A stretch of DNA of 64,000 nt. Origin: Candidatus Heimdallarchaeota archaeon. Lineage in GTDB: Archaea > Asgardarchaeota > Heimdallarchaeia > Hodarchaeales > Hodarchaeaceae. How positions within the stretch are numbered: position 1 is the first letter of the stretch; the number at the start of each line of letters is the position of its first letter. The stretch covers positions 2,969,231-3,033,230 of the forward strand of contig CP070695.1 in the NCBI GenBank assembly GCA_020353515.1, in the 5' to 3' direction. The notes under the pieces are model-generated. The model made no database searches. It was not told the origin of the DNA and saw nothing but the letters and a program-made list of their open reading frames with translations. The translations under genes and the position numbers were made by a program. Shown piece by piece: positions 19,406-29,711 of this stretch.

Positions 19406-20461
19406 TTGCTTAAAGATTTCGAGGGATACTTTTTAAATAAGGAAATGAAAGCATACTTTGAAGATTATAAGTTATACACCTTACAAATAGAAATCAATCA
19501 AAATTGTCAGCAGAATTGCATCTACTGTTATGCTCGTGAATCTCGTGGAGAGGAAATGAACCCAGATTTTATCAAAAGTATTCTCGATGCTGCTGCAGAG
19601 ATGGAAGTACGAAAAATTGAATGGTTAGGAGGTGATTGTCTCCTCCATTCTTCTTGGGAGGAATTAATGGCCTACGCCAAATGTGAGCATCAACTCATCA
19701 ACAATATTTGGACGAGTGGAAATCAATTAAAAAATACGGCAGTTGCAAAAAAAGTAATCGAATTAACACGTGATGGAGGCTTTATTTCCGTCCATCTAGA
19801 TTCACTAAATCCTGAAATTTATTCTAAACTCACAAATGGGAACCTTAAGTATCTTAAAGATACGTTGGAGGGAATCCAGAATCTAATCGATTTAGGAAAA
19901 TCACCTTCAGAGATCTTAAATTGTATGGCGTTAACAGGACTCCAAGCAGGAGAAGATTTTAAAGACACTGTTCAGTACTTTCATAACCAATTTAAAATAC
20001 CTGTAACTTTTATTAGCTATAAACCTACAAGTAAGGATTCTCGCTTACCGATCACCTCTCAACAGATAAAAGAAGCAGAGAGAGTAAAAACAAATGTCTT
20101 TTATGGTATTAATGTTCCAATTATACCACAGTGTGTCTCAAAATTTTATTGTGGAACAACAGCATCTATTATACCAGAGACAGGAAGCCCTACTGTAGGA
20201 AATTTAACAGTTTGTTCACGAATTCGACAATCATTTGGGAAACTTGAATTTGGTCTATCTTTCAAAGACCAATTTTATGAACTCAAAAATATACTATTAA
20301 CAAGGAAGCTAAAGGACGTTAACAATCTTCCAAATGATTGTCAACAGTGCACTTATAATAATATTTGTTGGGGATGTCGTAGTAATGCTTGGTATTACGT
20401 AGGGGATGTTTTTGCGGGGGATCCTAGATGCTGGAGACGCCTTCAGAATGATTCAATCTAA
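19406..20461 (+). CDS. Radical SAM/SPASM domain protein
   Basis: CQQNCIYC; C-terminal CQQC..ICWGCR..GDPRC SPASM motif. Confidence 0.88.
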   Translation: MLKDFEGYFLNKEMKAYFEDYKLYTLQIEINQNCQQNCIYCYARESRGEEMNPDFIKSILDAAAEMEVRKIEWLGGDCLLHSSWEELMAYAKCEHQLINNIWTSGNQLKNTAVAKKVIELTRDGGFISVHLDSLNPEIYSKLTNGNLKYLKDTLEGIQNLIDLGKSPSEILNCMALTGLQAGEDFKDTVQYFHNQFKIPVTFISYKPTSKDSRLPITSQQIKEAERVKTNVFYGINVPIIPQCVSKFYCGTTASIIPETGSPTVGNLTVCSRIRQSFGKLEFGLSFKDQFYELKNILLTRKLKDVNNLPNDCQQCTYNNICWGCRSNAWYYVGDVFAGDPRCWRRLQNDSI

Positions 20462-20617
20462 ATTATCTTCAAAGGTAGAGAAAGACCTCAATGTTAAACC
20501 TCCTTTTGAAGAGTCCATTATATATAGAATTCATAGAAAAATCAAGGTTCAGTTAACTAATTGATGTATTTCCAAAATTATCCCCTTAAATAAGATTATT
20601 GGTGTCCATAAAGTCCA

Positions 20618-21184
20618 TTGAAGGAGTCTAAAGCTAGTATGAAGGCTAAAATAATAGCTGCTTTATATAAAATTACAACAGGCAACAAAATAGTACGGAT
20701 ACTTCTCACGCCAGTTGGAGGGGGAGCCTTCATTCTTGTTAGTGTAATACTTATTCTTTTTTCTCTAGCAATAGATGAACTGTTTAGCTTCCCTAGACTT
20801 ATCCCAAACCCATTTAGTCTGTTGTTATCCATACCTGTTATTACTGTAGGATTGGTTTTAATATTATGGGCATCATTGCTTTTCGTCAAAGCGAAGGGAA
20901 CACCTGTACCATTTTCTCCTCCAACAAAATTAGTAAATTCTGGACCCTATGCTTATATTAGAAATCCAATTGTGTTAGGTTATATCCTAATATTTTTTGG
21001 GATTGGATTTTTCCTAGGATCAATTTCGCTTGTACTAATAATTTCTCCGTTGTATTTCCTACTTCTCATTCTAGAGATAAAACTGATTGAGGAACCAGAG
21101 CTTGAGAAGCGTCTCGGAAAAGATTACCTGGAATATAAGGAAAGAGTCCCCATGTTCCTCCCAAGATTGAAGATAAAGAAATGA
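20618..21184 (+). CDS. ICMT/PEMT-family integral membrane methyltransferase
   Basis: GPYAYIRNP, EEPELEKRLG..YLEYKERVP. Confidence 0.85.
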   Translation: MKESKASMKAKIIAALYKITTGNKIVRILLTPVGGGAFILVSVILILFSLAIDELFSFPRLIPNPFSLLLSIPVITVGLVLILWASLLFVKAKGTPVPFSPPTKLVNSGPYAYIRNPIVLGYILIFFGIGFFLGSISLVLIISPLYFLLLILEIKLIEEPELEKRLGKDYLEYKERVPMFLPRLKIKK

Positions 21185-21332
21185 TTGTGATCAATACTAA
21201 TTATATAGTCAATATTAATATAAAACTAAATACACCGAAATCACAGCATCCAGAATGAGATTCACCTCGTTTAAAAAGGATTTAAAGGAAGAGTTACTGT
21301 ATAGTGTAACTCCTCCAAAATCTGTTTCACTC

Positions 21333-21659
21333 TTACGTGCTCATTCCGATAAATGCTAGAGCTTCAACAACTGTATATTGTACCTCTACTGAATATTCAT
21401 ATCCTTCGATATCGTGATACATAACCTGACTTTGTATTGTTGCTGCCAAAGCTTCTTCTAGTTTTCCCTCTTTTACTAGTGCTATACCTAACGATTCAAT
21501 TCCTCGTTCTGTGGCCTTAACTGATGCGGGTACAACTGGTTCACTTAGTGTTTCATCATGTGGATATTTTTCCATCACCTCTAAATATCTTTGAGCTACT
21601 TCAGGTACCTTATGGGTTGGATACCAGGAATGTGTAACAATATATGGCATATATTTCAC
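21333..21659 (-). CDS. Hypothetical protein (about 105 aa, ferredoxin-like alpha/beta)
   Basis: GAGGTGA RBS; clean ORF with typical archaeal composition. Confidence 0.75.
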   Translation of the reverse strand: MKYMPYIVTHSWYPTHKVPEVAQRYLEVMEKYPHDETLSEPVVPASVKATERGIESLGIALVKEGKLEEALAATIQSQVMYHDIEGYEYSVEVQYTVVEALAFIGMST

Positions 21660-21688
21660 CTCACACTACTTTTTCATGGAAAATAAGG

Positions 21689-21715
21689 TTATTCAGACCC
21701 CAAAAGTCTGAATAA
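21689..21715. promoter_or_regulatory. Perfect 10-bp inverted repeat in divergent intergenic region
   Basis: TTATTCAGAC-cccaaaa-GTCTGAATAA. Confidence 0.5.
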
Positions 21716-21833
21716 TCCCTCTATGCGATATTTGCTTATTAAACCTTCCTCCCCTATTTTATATGAATTAGTAGCCTCAACAAATTTATAATATTGATAG
21801 TGAGCTAGAGATCTTTCAAAGAAGGAAATCACA

Positions 21834-23249
21834 ATGATTCAATCAGGAGAAATAATTTGGAAAAGTGCGGTAGAACTCGCTAAAGGTATTAAAGATGGGG
21901 AATTATCACCAGTTGAAGTTTTGGATGCATATTTAGACAGGATTAACGAGATCAACCCAAAAATCAATGCAATCGTTACATTAATAGAGGATAGTGCCAG
22001 AGAAGAGGCAAAAAAGGCAGAGGAAAGAGTAAAAGAAGGAAAGGAATTAGGTGCCTTACATGGTGTTCCTGTTGTTATCAAAGATAACATACCTGTTAGA
22101 GGAGTGAGAACTACTTACGGTTCCAAGTTATACGAGAACCACGTTCCAGAAGAGGACATGATTCTAGTTGATAGGTTGAAGCGTGCTGGGGCAATTATTT
22201 TAGGTAAAACAAATATGCCAGAGTTTGGTTTGATTGGAATAACAGATAATCCCGTTTTCGGAGTTTCAAAAAATCCATGGAATACGAACAAAACAACTGG
22301 AGGTTCTAGTGGAGGATCAGCAGCAGCTGTAGCTGCTGGTCTGTCTCCCATTGCAATTGGAAACGATGGTGGTGGTTCTATAAGAATTCCAGCTAATTTT
22401 TGTGGAGTTTTTGGATTAAAACCGCATCTAGGACGGATTCCACGCTATCCATCATTACCTGGATGGGAAACAATGGCAGTCGAAGGACCCATAACTCGAA
22501 CGGTCGAGGATGCCGCAATTCTGATGGACGTGATGGCTGGACCCGATGATAGAGATTACTTATGTCTACCTTCACCAAAGACAAACTACCACGAAAGATT
22601 AGAAGAAGATATTACTGGAAAGAAATTTGCATTTAGTCCCGATTTGGGTCAATTCGTCATCGACCCAGATGTTACAGAAGTAGTGACGAATGCAGTTTCC
22701 TCCTTTAGTAATTTGGGTCATGATGTAGAAGAAGTAAAGTTAGATTTGGTGGATATGGGTGAGGACTTCTTATATCAAATCGTTTCTGAAACTGCTGCTG
22801 GACTTGAAGCGCTTAGAGAGGAATGGGAGAAAGTTATGTATCCAGCGTATGCTGCTTTCCTAGGTTTAGAAGAGAATTTGAAGTCCATGGATTTTGTGAA
22901 GATCCAATACAAGCGCAAGGAACTGTGGGAACAAATCTGGAAACAGGTTTTCAAGAAATATGATTTCCTACTAGCACCAGTAACCGCAGTTCCTGCATTC
23001 GATATAGAAATAGGAATCGGACCCTTTGAGGTAAATGGAGAAAGCATTGGTCCTACTGGTTGGTTATTAACTTTTCCATTCAACTTCACTGGCCAGCCTG
23101 CATCTTCGGTTCCATGTGGATTCACGAAGGAAAATCTTCCAGTTGGTCTTCAGATAATTGGAAATCGCTTTGACGAACTTGGTGTCCTCCAGGCTTCTAT
23201 AGCTTTTGAAAAAGGATTGCCTTGGAGAGATAAGAAACCATCCATATAA
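21834..23249 (+). CDS. Amidase signature family enzyme
   Basis: HGVPVVIKD, GKTNMPEFG, GGSSGGSAAAVA, GNDGGGSIRIPA. Confidence 0.93.
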   Translation: MIQSGEIIWKSAVELAKGIKDGELSPVEVLDAYLDRINEINPKINAIVTLIEDSAREEAKKAEERVKEGKELGALHGVPVVIKDNIPVRGVRTTYGSKLYENHVPEEDMILVDRLKRAGAIILGKTNMPEFGLIGITDNPVFGVSKNPWNTNKTTGGSSGGSAAAVAAGLSPIAIGNDGGGSIRIPANFCGVFGLKPHLGRIPRYPSLPGWETMAVEGPITRTVEDAAILMDVMAGPDDRDYLCLPSPKTNYHERLEEDITGKKFAFSPDLGQFVIDPDVTEVVTNAVSSFSNLGHDVEEVKLDLVDMGEDFLYQIVSETAAGLEALREEWEKVMYPAYAAFLGLEENLKSMDFVKIQYKRKELWEQIWKQVFKKYDFLLAPVTAVPAFDIEIGIGPFEVNGESIGPTGWLLTFPFNFTGQPASSVPCGFTKENLPVGLQIIGNRFDELGVLQASIAFEKGLPWRDKKPSI

Positions 23250-23298
23250 CAAATATGGAAGAAGATTAGTTAATCATGAAAGGTATTTGGTCAACTTC

Positions 23299-24303
23299 AT
23301 GGAATATAAAGAGCTTGAAAACTGTAAATTGTGTGCTTGGGAATGTGGAGTCGATCGATTAGCAGGAGAGCAAGGAGTTTGCCTAGCGGGGCTCCCTAAA
23401 GTTGCAAGCTGCCAACTCCATCCAGCACCGCCACAATCCTATACTATTTTTTGTAGTTCATGCAATTTCAGGTGCCTCAACTGTCAGAATTGGGAGATCG
23501 CTCACTATCCCTTCACCCAGTACAAGATTAAAGGAATTGTTAATCCTGAACACGTTGCTCGAGTCGGAGTACAAGCTGTAAACTCTAACGCAGGACAGAT
23601 GATCGGAGCTGATCGATTCTTTTTTAGTGGGGGATCTCCAACTGTTTCTCTCCCTTGGATTGAAGAAGTTGTTCAATGTGCCAAAACTCTTGATCCAGAC
23701 ATAAAAATTAACTTTGATACTAATGGGTTCCCCTCTAAAAACAGTTTTCGGCGTATAATTTCCATCTCAGACTCTCTAACATTTGATATTAAAGCTTATA
23801 ATGATGAGGTTCATCGAACTTTAACTGGTGCACCAGTAGAGCCTGTTTTAACCAATGTTCAAGAAATGGCAAGACAAAAAGATCAGTTATGGGAGTTTAG
23901 AATCTTAGTTATACCTAACATTGTGGACCTCCCAGAAATTCAAGCAATAACTGAATTTATTGTGAGTTTAGATGAAACTTTACCAGTATCATTTCTAACA
24001 TTCCGTCCCAATTTTTGTTTAGATACCCACCCTGGAGCATCGAGAGAATTGATGGAAGCTGTTGTGACATTAGCTCGAAGAACTGGACTAACAAACGTTC
24101 ACTGGGCTGGCTTTTCGGGTATTCCAGGTGTTAACCCCTCAATTCCACAACGAATCAAGGATCAATTTTCTCTTCAAAACTCCGCTGTTGCAGCTTTTTA
24201 TGCACAACGCGCTGGATGCCGACAAATCCATCGAGATTGTGGAAAGTGTAGTTTCAAACTTACATGTGACTTAAAGGGTTATTATCCTTGTCAAAGTAGG
24301 TAA
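23299..24303 (+). CDS. Radical SAM protein (PflX/activase-like)
   Basis: CKLCAWEC N-terminal motif, CNFRCLNC, DTNG; start set at ATG 23299. Confidence 0.85.
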   Translation: MEYKELENCKLCAWECGVDRLAGEQGVCLAGLPKVASCQLHPAPPQSYTIFCSSCNFRCLNCQNWEIAHYPFTQYKIKGIVNPEHVARVGVQAVNSNAGQMIGADRFFFSGGSPTVSLPWIEEVVQCAKTLDPDIKINFDTNGFPSKNSFRRIISISDSLTFDIKAYNDEVHRTLTGAPVEPVLTNVQEMARQKDQLWEFRILVIPNIVDLPEIQAITEFIVSLDETLPVSFLTFRPNFCLDTHPGASRELMEAVVTLARRTGLTNVHWAGFSGIPGVNPSIPQRIKDQFSLQNSAVAAFYAQRAGCRQIHRDCGKCSFKLTCDLKGYYPCQSR

Positions 24304-24314
24304 TCAAAGGATAT

Positions 24315-25199
24315 TCAGAAAAATTCCCTTAGATTACTAACTATTTCTCTAATTGGATCCAATTTATTTAGTGTATAGAAATGTAGTCCAGATGCACCTC
24401 CTCTAAGAAGTTCAGTACACTGTTCTACAGCTAATTCGATCCCTTTTTCTTGAGTAGCTTTTGAATCTTCCTCTATTGGACCAAAAATATCGTAAAAACG
24501 TTGTGGAATAGAAGCTCCACTAAAAGCACAGAAGTTCTTCAAATTCTTGAAATTAAAGACTGGAAGAATTCCAGGAATTATTCTGGTAGTAACACCAATT
24601 TGTTTTAAACGAGAAACATAATCAAAATAGTCATTGTTTTCATAGAAAAGTTGAGTAATGATAAACTCACCTCCAGAATCCAACTTGTTTTTTAAATATA
24701 TGATGTCGATTTCTTTGTTTAACGCTTCAGGATGCCCTTCTGGGAAACCTGCTATTCCACACGAAAAGAAATCTCCATAATTACGTGAAACAAGATCACA
24801 TAATTGGTAAGCATATGAAAATCCATCTGGATCAGGTTTCCAGTCCTTCACACCCCTAGGTGGATCTCCGCGTAACGCTAAGACATTACATATTCCGTTG
24901 GTCTTCATGGTATTTAAAATTTTGATTAAATCCTGTTTTGAATGTCCAACACAGGTTATATGATGAATTGTAGGGATATCCAAACGATTTTGAAGTTCTA
25001 CGGTAATATCCATTGTTTTGTCTCGAGTACTCCCACCTGCTCCATATGTGACTGAAATAAAATCTGCTCCCAATTTCACTAGCTCTTCTACAACATGATA
25101 AAAAGAGTCCAATTGTGAGTCTTTCTTAGGTGGAAAAAACTCAAATGATAGCGTGATCTCCTTTTGTTTGAATATATCAATGATTTTCTGAACTCGCAT
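24315..25199 (-). CDS. metF: Methylenetetrahydrofolate reductase
   Basis: SFEFFPPK, SVTYGAGG, LALRGDPP, ITQLFY, HFYTLN. Confidence 0.95.
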   Translation of the reverse strand: MRVQKIIDIFKQKEITLSFEFFPPKKDSQLDSFYHVVEELVKLGADFISVTYGAGGSTRDKTMDITVELQNRLDIPTIHHITCVGHSKQDLIKILNTMKTNGICNVLALRGDPPRGVKDWKPDPDGFSYAYQLCDLVSRNYGDFFSCGIAGFPEGHPEALNKEIDIIYLKNKLDSGGEFIITQLFYENNDYFDYVSRLKQIGVTTRIIPGILPVFNFKNLKNFCAFSGASIPQRFYDIFGPIEEDSKATQEKGIELAVEQCTELLRGGASGLHFYTLNKLDPIREIVSNLREFF

Positions 25200-25372
25200 T
25201 TATTTCGCCAATTAAAACAGTGAGAACTTGATAACAGTTTATCATAAATTGAAATTTTTTGCGTGTTTTAAAATCTAATGGGTTTTCAAACAACTTTTTT
25301 TACTAGAGTGATTTTAATTGAATCTTAAGGAGTAACTAAGTAATATAGGTCAACTGAATCTTGGGTGATTTT

Positions 25373-26524
25373 ATGATCGTTAAGGATCTATCAGACGATT
25401 TTCCAATGATAAGAAAAGTTAATTATCTGAGTACAGCAAGTATTGGTTTGGTTCCTAATCCAGTTATTGAAACAACCAAGAATTTCTTCACTGAAATGGC
25501 TAGGAAGGGAACTTTAGCTTTAGATGAAGAGAAAGAGGTTAAGATTTACGAGAATCTCAGAAAAGAAGGAAGCCAACTTCTAAATTGTAATCCAAAGGAT
25601 ATTGCAGTCTTTAACAGTGTTTCCGAGGCATTAAACTCTGTTGCATGGAGTTTAGAGCTTAAAGAAGGAAAGTTAGTATCAACTGAGATTGAATTCCCTA
25701 GTGTTAGTTACCCTTTGTTTAGAATCGCTGAGAATGAAAATATCACTGTTAAACTTGTCAAAGCAGATAATTGGACCATATCTCTTGATGAAATCTTAGC
25801 TGAGATTGACGAAACTACAAAAGCTGTTTTTATAACACATGTAGAATTTCTTACTGGACAACAACACGACCTTAAGAAAATTACAGATCAGGCTCATGAT
25901 TTTGGTTCATTAGTAGTAGTAGATGGAATTCAGGCAGCTGGTTACCTTCCAATTGATGTTAGAAAATTAGGAATCGATGTTTACATCACAGGTAGTTACA
26001 AATGGTTGTTAGCTCCCTTTGGAACTGCAATAGCATATATCTCAAAAGACCTTTATGAAGCATTAACTCCTACTTTTGTCGGATGGCGTTCTTCAGAGGA
26101 CATGTGGGATTTTAATCCATTAGAACTTAAATTCCCACCTACTGCAATGAAATTTGAATATAGCACAAGTGCTTATGGAGTAAAAATTGGGCTAGCAGAA
26201 GCAATAAAGTATTTACATGAGATTGGAATCAATAATATCTATCATCATAATATGAAATTATCTGAATTACTGATTAATGAATTAAAATCAATAGAGAATG
26301 TCAGGATTATCACCCCAGAAAAGAAAGCGTCGATTGTCACTTTTAAAATTAAAGATGTTGATCTTCGCAAAATTGGCGAAGAATTAAGGAAGTTAAAGAG
26401 ACCGATTGAACTTAATATTCGACAAAATATGATAAGAATATCTCTCCACGTTTATAATACCGAAGAGGACGTTTTACAACTAATAGAGAACTTAAAGAAA
26501 TTATTCAAAAGAAGGAATGCTTAA
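25373..26524 (+). CDS. Class V PLP aminotransferase (cysteine desulfurase/kynureninase-like)
   Basis: VDGIQAAG, GSYKWLL (PLP Lys), RISLHVYN; ATG after GGTGA. Confidence 0.88.
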   Translation: MIVKDLSDDFPMIRKVNYLSTASIGLVPNPVIETTKNFFTEMARKGTLALDEEKEVKIYENLRKEGSQLLNCNPKDIAVFNSVSEALNSVAWSLELKEGKLVSTEIEFPSVSYPLFRIAENENITVKLVKADNWTISLDEILAEIDETTKAVFITHVEFLTGQQHDLKKITDQAHDFGSLVVVDGIQAAGYLPIDVRKLGIDVYITGSYKWLLAPFGTAIAYISKDLYEALTPTFVGWRSSEDMWDFNPLELKFPPTAMKFEYSTSAYGVKIGLAEAIKYLHEIGINNIYHHNMKLSELLINELKSIENVRIITPEKKASIVTFKIKDVDLRKIGEELRKLKRPIELNIRQNMIRISLHVYNTEEDVLQLIENLKKLFKRRNA

Positions 26525-26526
26525 GT

Positions 26527-27942
26527 ATGGATTTAAATGAGTTTCAAAGATTCGGACATCAATTGATTGATTGGATGGTAGAATACCTAAAAAATGTAGA
26601 AAAATACCCTGTAAAATCTCAGGTGACCCCAAAAGAGATTATTAATAAATTACCTTTGTCAGCACCTATAAAAGGAGAAGATTTTACAACCATTTTCACT
26701 GATTTTGAAAAAATAATTCTTCCTGGGATTACTCATTGGCAAAGTCCAAATTTTTTTGCCTATTTTCCCGCAAACAGTTCATATGCTTCAATGTTAGCAG
26801 AAATGCTTATGACGACACTTGGGGCTCAATGTATGAGCTGGGTAACCTCACCAGCAGCAACAGAGTTAGAAGAGCGAGTCATGGAATGGTTAAGAGATAT
26901 GATTGGGTTACCAAAGGATTTTAGTGGTGTAATCCAAGATACAGCCTCAACTTCCACTATTTGTTCACTTCTCACTGCGCGAGAGAAGCTTACTAATTAT
27001 GAAATTAACTCAACAGGGATGAATGATAAAGGAATCTTAACAATATATTGCTCTACAGAGACTCATTCAAGCATAGAAAAAGCTGTTAAAATCGTTGGAG
27101 TGGGAAAAGAGCATTTAAGGAAGATACCAGTTGATGAAAATTATGCCCTTTGCTCAGAACCCCTAGAAGAAGCTATTAAGTCAGATATTGATAATGAAAT
27201 GAAACCCATGGCAGTTGTTGCAACTATAGGCACTACAGGTTCCACAGCAATCGATTCTTTGAAAAAAATCGGAGAAATCTGTTCCAAATATAAAATCTGG
27301 CTTCATGTTGATGCCGCATTAGCGGGAACAGCATTTATTTTACCAGAATACCGATGGATGATTGAAGGCATTGAATACGCAGATACTTTTGTGTTTAATC
27401 CTCATAAATGGATGTTTACAAATTTTGATTGCTCTGCATATTTTATCAAAGATCCTGAGGCATTAGTTCGAACTTTTGAAATCCTTCCTGAATATTTGAA
27501 AACAAAAGCTGAAGGGGTTAAGAACTTTCGAGATTGGGGTTTACAATTGGGTAGGCGGTTTCGTGCTCTTAAACTATGGTTTGTGATCAGAAATTTTGGA
27601 ATAGAAGGATTACAACAAAAGATCAAATATCATATTGATCTCGCGAAGTATTTGAATCAAAAAATCGAGAAATCACCAGATTTTGAACTCCTTGCACCAG
27701 TTCCTTTGAATACACTCTGTTTTAGATATCATCCTACCACTCTCAACAATGAAGAGGAGTTAAACAGGGTGAATGAAGAGCTAATACATCGATTAAATGA
27801 AACAGGAAAACTTTACATGACTCACACAAAATTAGATGGAAAATATACTCTTAGATTCGTTACAGGCCAAACTTACACTCAAAAGAAACACGTTGATAAA
27901 GCATGGCTGCTAATACAAGAGGAAGCACAGAAATTGGCCTGA
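26527..27942 (+). CDS. Group II PLP decarboxylase, aromatic-L-amino-acid decarboxylase type
   Basis: PGITHWQSP.FFAYFP, SPAATELE, HSSIEKA, HVDAA, FNPHKW, LGRRFRALKLW. Confidence 0.92.
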   Translation: MDLNEFQRFGHQLIDWMVEYLKNVEKYPVKSQVTPKEIINKLPLSAPIKGEDFTTIFTDFEKIILPGITHWQSPNFFAYFPANSSYASMLAEMLMTTLGAQCMSWVTSPAATELEERVMEWLRDMIGLPKDFSGVIQDTASTSTICSLLTAREKLTNYEINSTGMNDKGILTIYCSTETHSSIEKAVKIVGVGKEHLRKIPVDENYALCSEPLEEAIKSDIDNEMKPMAVVATIGTTGSTAIDSLKKIGEICSKYKIWLHVDAALAGTAFILPEYRWMIEGIEYADTFVFNPHKWMFTNFDCSAYFIKDPEALVRTFEILPEYLKTKAEGVKNFRDWGLQLGRRFRALKLWFVIRNFGIEGLQQKIKYHIDLAKYLNQKIEKSPDFELLAPVPLNTLCFRYHPTTLNNEEELNRVNEELIHRLNETGKLYMTHTKLDGKYTLRFVTGQTYTQKKHVDKAWLLIQEEAQKLA

Positions 27943-28013
27943 ATTTAAGATTTTAAAATCAATTTATTCTAGTAAGGTAGTTCTTAAATGGGAGTTTCTC
28001 TGATCATATTAAT

Positions 28014-29268
28014 ATGAAAAAAGTGAAGCTATTCTGGACCATTTTCTTTATTGTATTCTTTATAACAAGTTTATTGTACGTTGAAGCAATTATAATGACA
28101 GAGGGGAACCCCTACTTTTATAGTTTCAATTTTCTAACTTATGATTCAGATGGAGATGGGATTGATGATGGAGTAAAAGCGACTTTTGATCCAGATTTTC
28201 CTGAAGGATATTCAGGGATAGTCGTTATACATGCAACTTTATTTTCTTCCAATGATACCCTGATAAATAATGCCTCTGGCACTTTCTCTCTAATAGGTGA
28301 AGAATACGACTATTTCGACTTAGATCTTGGAACACAACCTACGGGTTTATATTATTTAGTTGGAAAAATGTTTTTTAACTCAACTATGACACACACAAGA
28401 ACGTCTCGCCTGTTTAGATTAGGATTACTACCATATTTTTATAGTTTTAACTATCTTACTTTCGATTCAGATGACGATGGAGTCGATGACGGTGTCAAAG
28501 CTGTATTCGATCCAGACGTACCTAGTGGACAAAGTTCTTGTTCTTGCAGCTTTATATTCTTCAAATAATACCTTGATAAGTAATACCTCTGACACATATT
28601 CTCTAACTGGGGACGAATATGACTACTTCAAACTGGATCTTGGAGTTAATCTAATTGGTGTATATTATTTAGTTGGGGAAATCTTCTTTAACTCAATCAT
28701 GACTGAAAATCAAACTACTTCTCTTTTTAGGTTAGGATTGCAACCATATTTTTATAGTTTTGATTATTTAACCTATGATTCAGATCAAAATGGCCTTGAG
28801 GATGGTGTGAAGGCTGTTTTTGATCCAGATGTTCCTAGTAGTTATTCGGGTTCAGTTACAGTATATATTGATCTCATTGATTCCTCAAATCGTACCACAA
28901 TCACTACTGTATCTGAAAGTTACTATTTATATGGAACAACCGCTGATTATCTAACACTTGATTTAGGAATTGTTAGTAATGCTGGTTTTTACTATTTACT
29001 GGGTGAAGTCTTTTTTGGCACTATCAGTACGGACACTGTAACGACTTCTAGTTTTTATTTAAATGCAGCAGAAGATCCGATAACCGATAAGTTAGCTCCG
29101 ACAAATCAAACTAATTTACCGTATAGACAAAAAACTGGGCACAAAAGAGGGGAATTTATTGACAATACTCCAACTGCAGGTGAAACTCCGAGCTTTGAGA
29201 GTTTTGTTGGTCTAGTTGGATTATCATGTCTTGTTTTATTATGGTGTCGAAAACGAAGAAAAGCTTAA
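28014..29268 (+). pseudogene. Secreted, C-terminally anchored protein with three 107-aa repeats, frameshifted near 28530
   Basis: Signal peptide in ORF 28014; repeats PYFYSF..YDSDxDG.DDG; TPSFE+TM+RKRRK tail in ORF 28471; repeat spacing 321 vs 313 nt. Confidence 0.8.
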
Positions 29269-29292
29269 TCGAAGTGATGTGAACCTAATCTT

Positions 29293-29514
29293 TTAGCGGT
29301 TAATGGTATAATAGATTCGTCTTAAGTCAGTCATATCAGGAATCTTTCCAATTAACCCCGCATCATTTAAATCTCGTAGAGCATAACGAACGGTCCGAGT
29401 AGAATAGCTAGTATGTGATGTGATCTCCTTAAAAGTCATTTGCTTACGTGTTTGTAATATCTGATAAATCTTTAAGGAAGAAGGTGGTAAGTTCATAAAT
29501 TCTGTCATACCCAT
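29293..29514 (-). CDS. Small winged-helix DNA-binding protein
   Basis: LPPSSLKIY..YSTRTVRYALRDL..AGLI..DLRRIYY. Confidence 0.85.
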   Translation of the reverse strand: MGMTEFMNLPPSSLKIYQILQTRKQMTFKEITSHTSYSTRTVRYALRDLNDAGLIGKIPDMTDLRRIYYTINR

Positions 29515-29711
29515 TTTAGGAACACATCCAATCAATTTGGTTTTAATTCTGACTGTAACACGACATTCTCGGTTTTTATAGAAATTTTCCAAAAATCATA
29601 GATCGAAAGTTATAAATATGAGATAAATTGATATTAATTTGGCTTGATATTTTATAAGCATTACGAAAGATGAAAAAAATAGCATATTATTGAAACTTAG
29701 GGACACAGCTT

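Noticed and set aside
21834-23249. Calling the amidase gatA
   Set aside because: DGGGSIRIPA rather than the GatA-type DTGGSIRQPA, and no gatB/gatC nearby.
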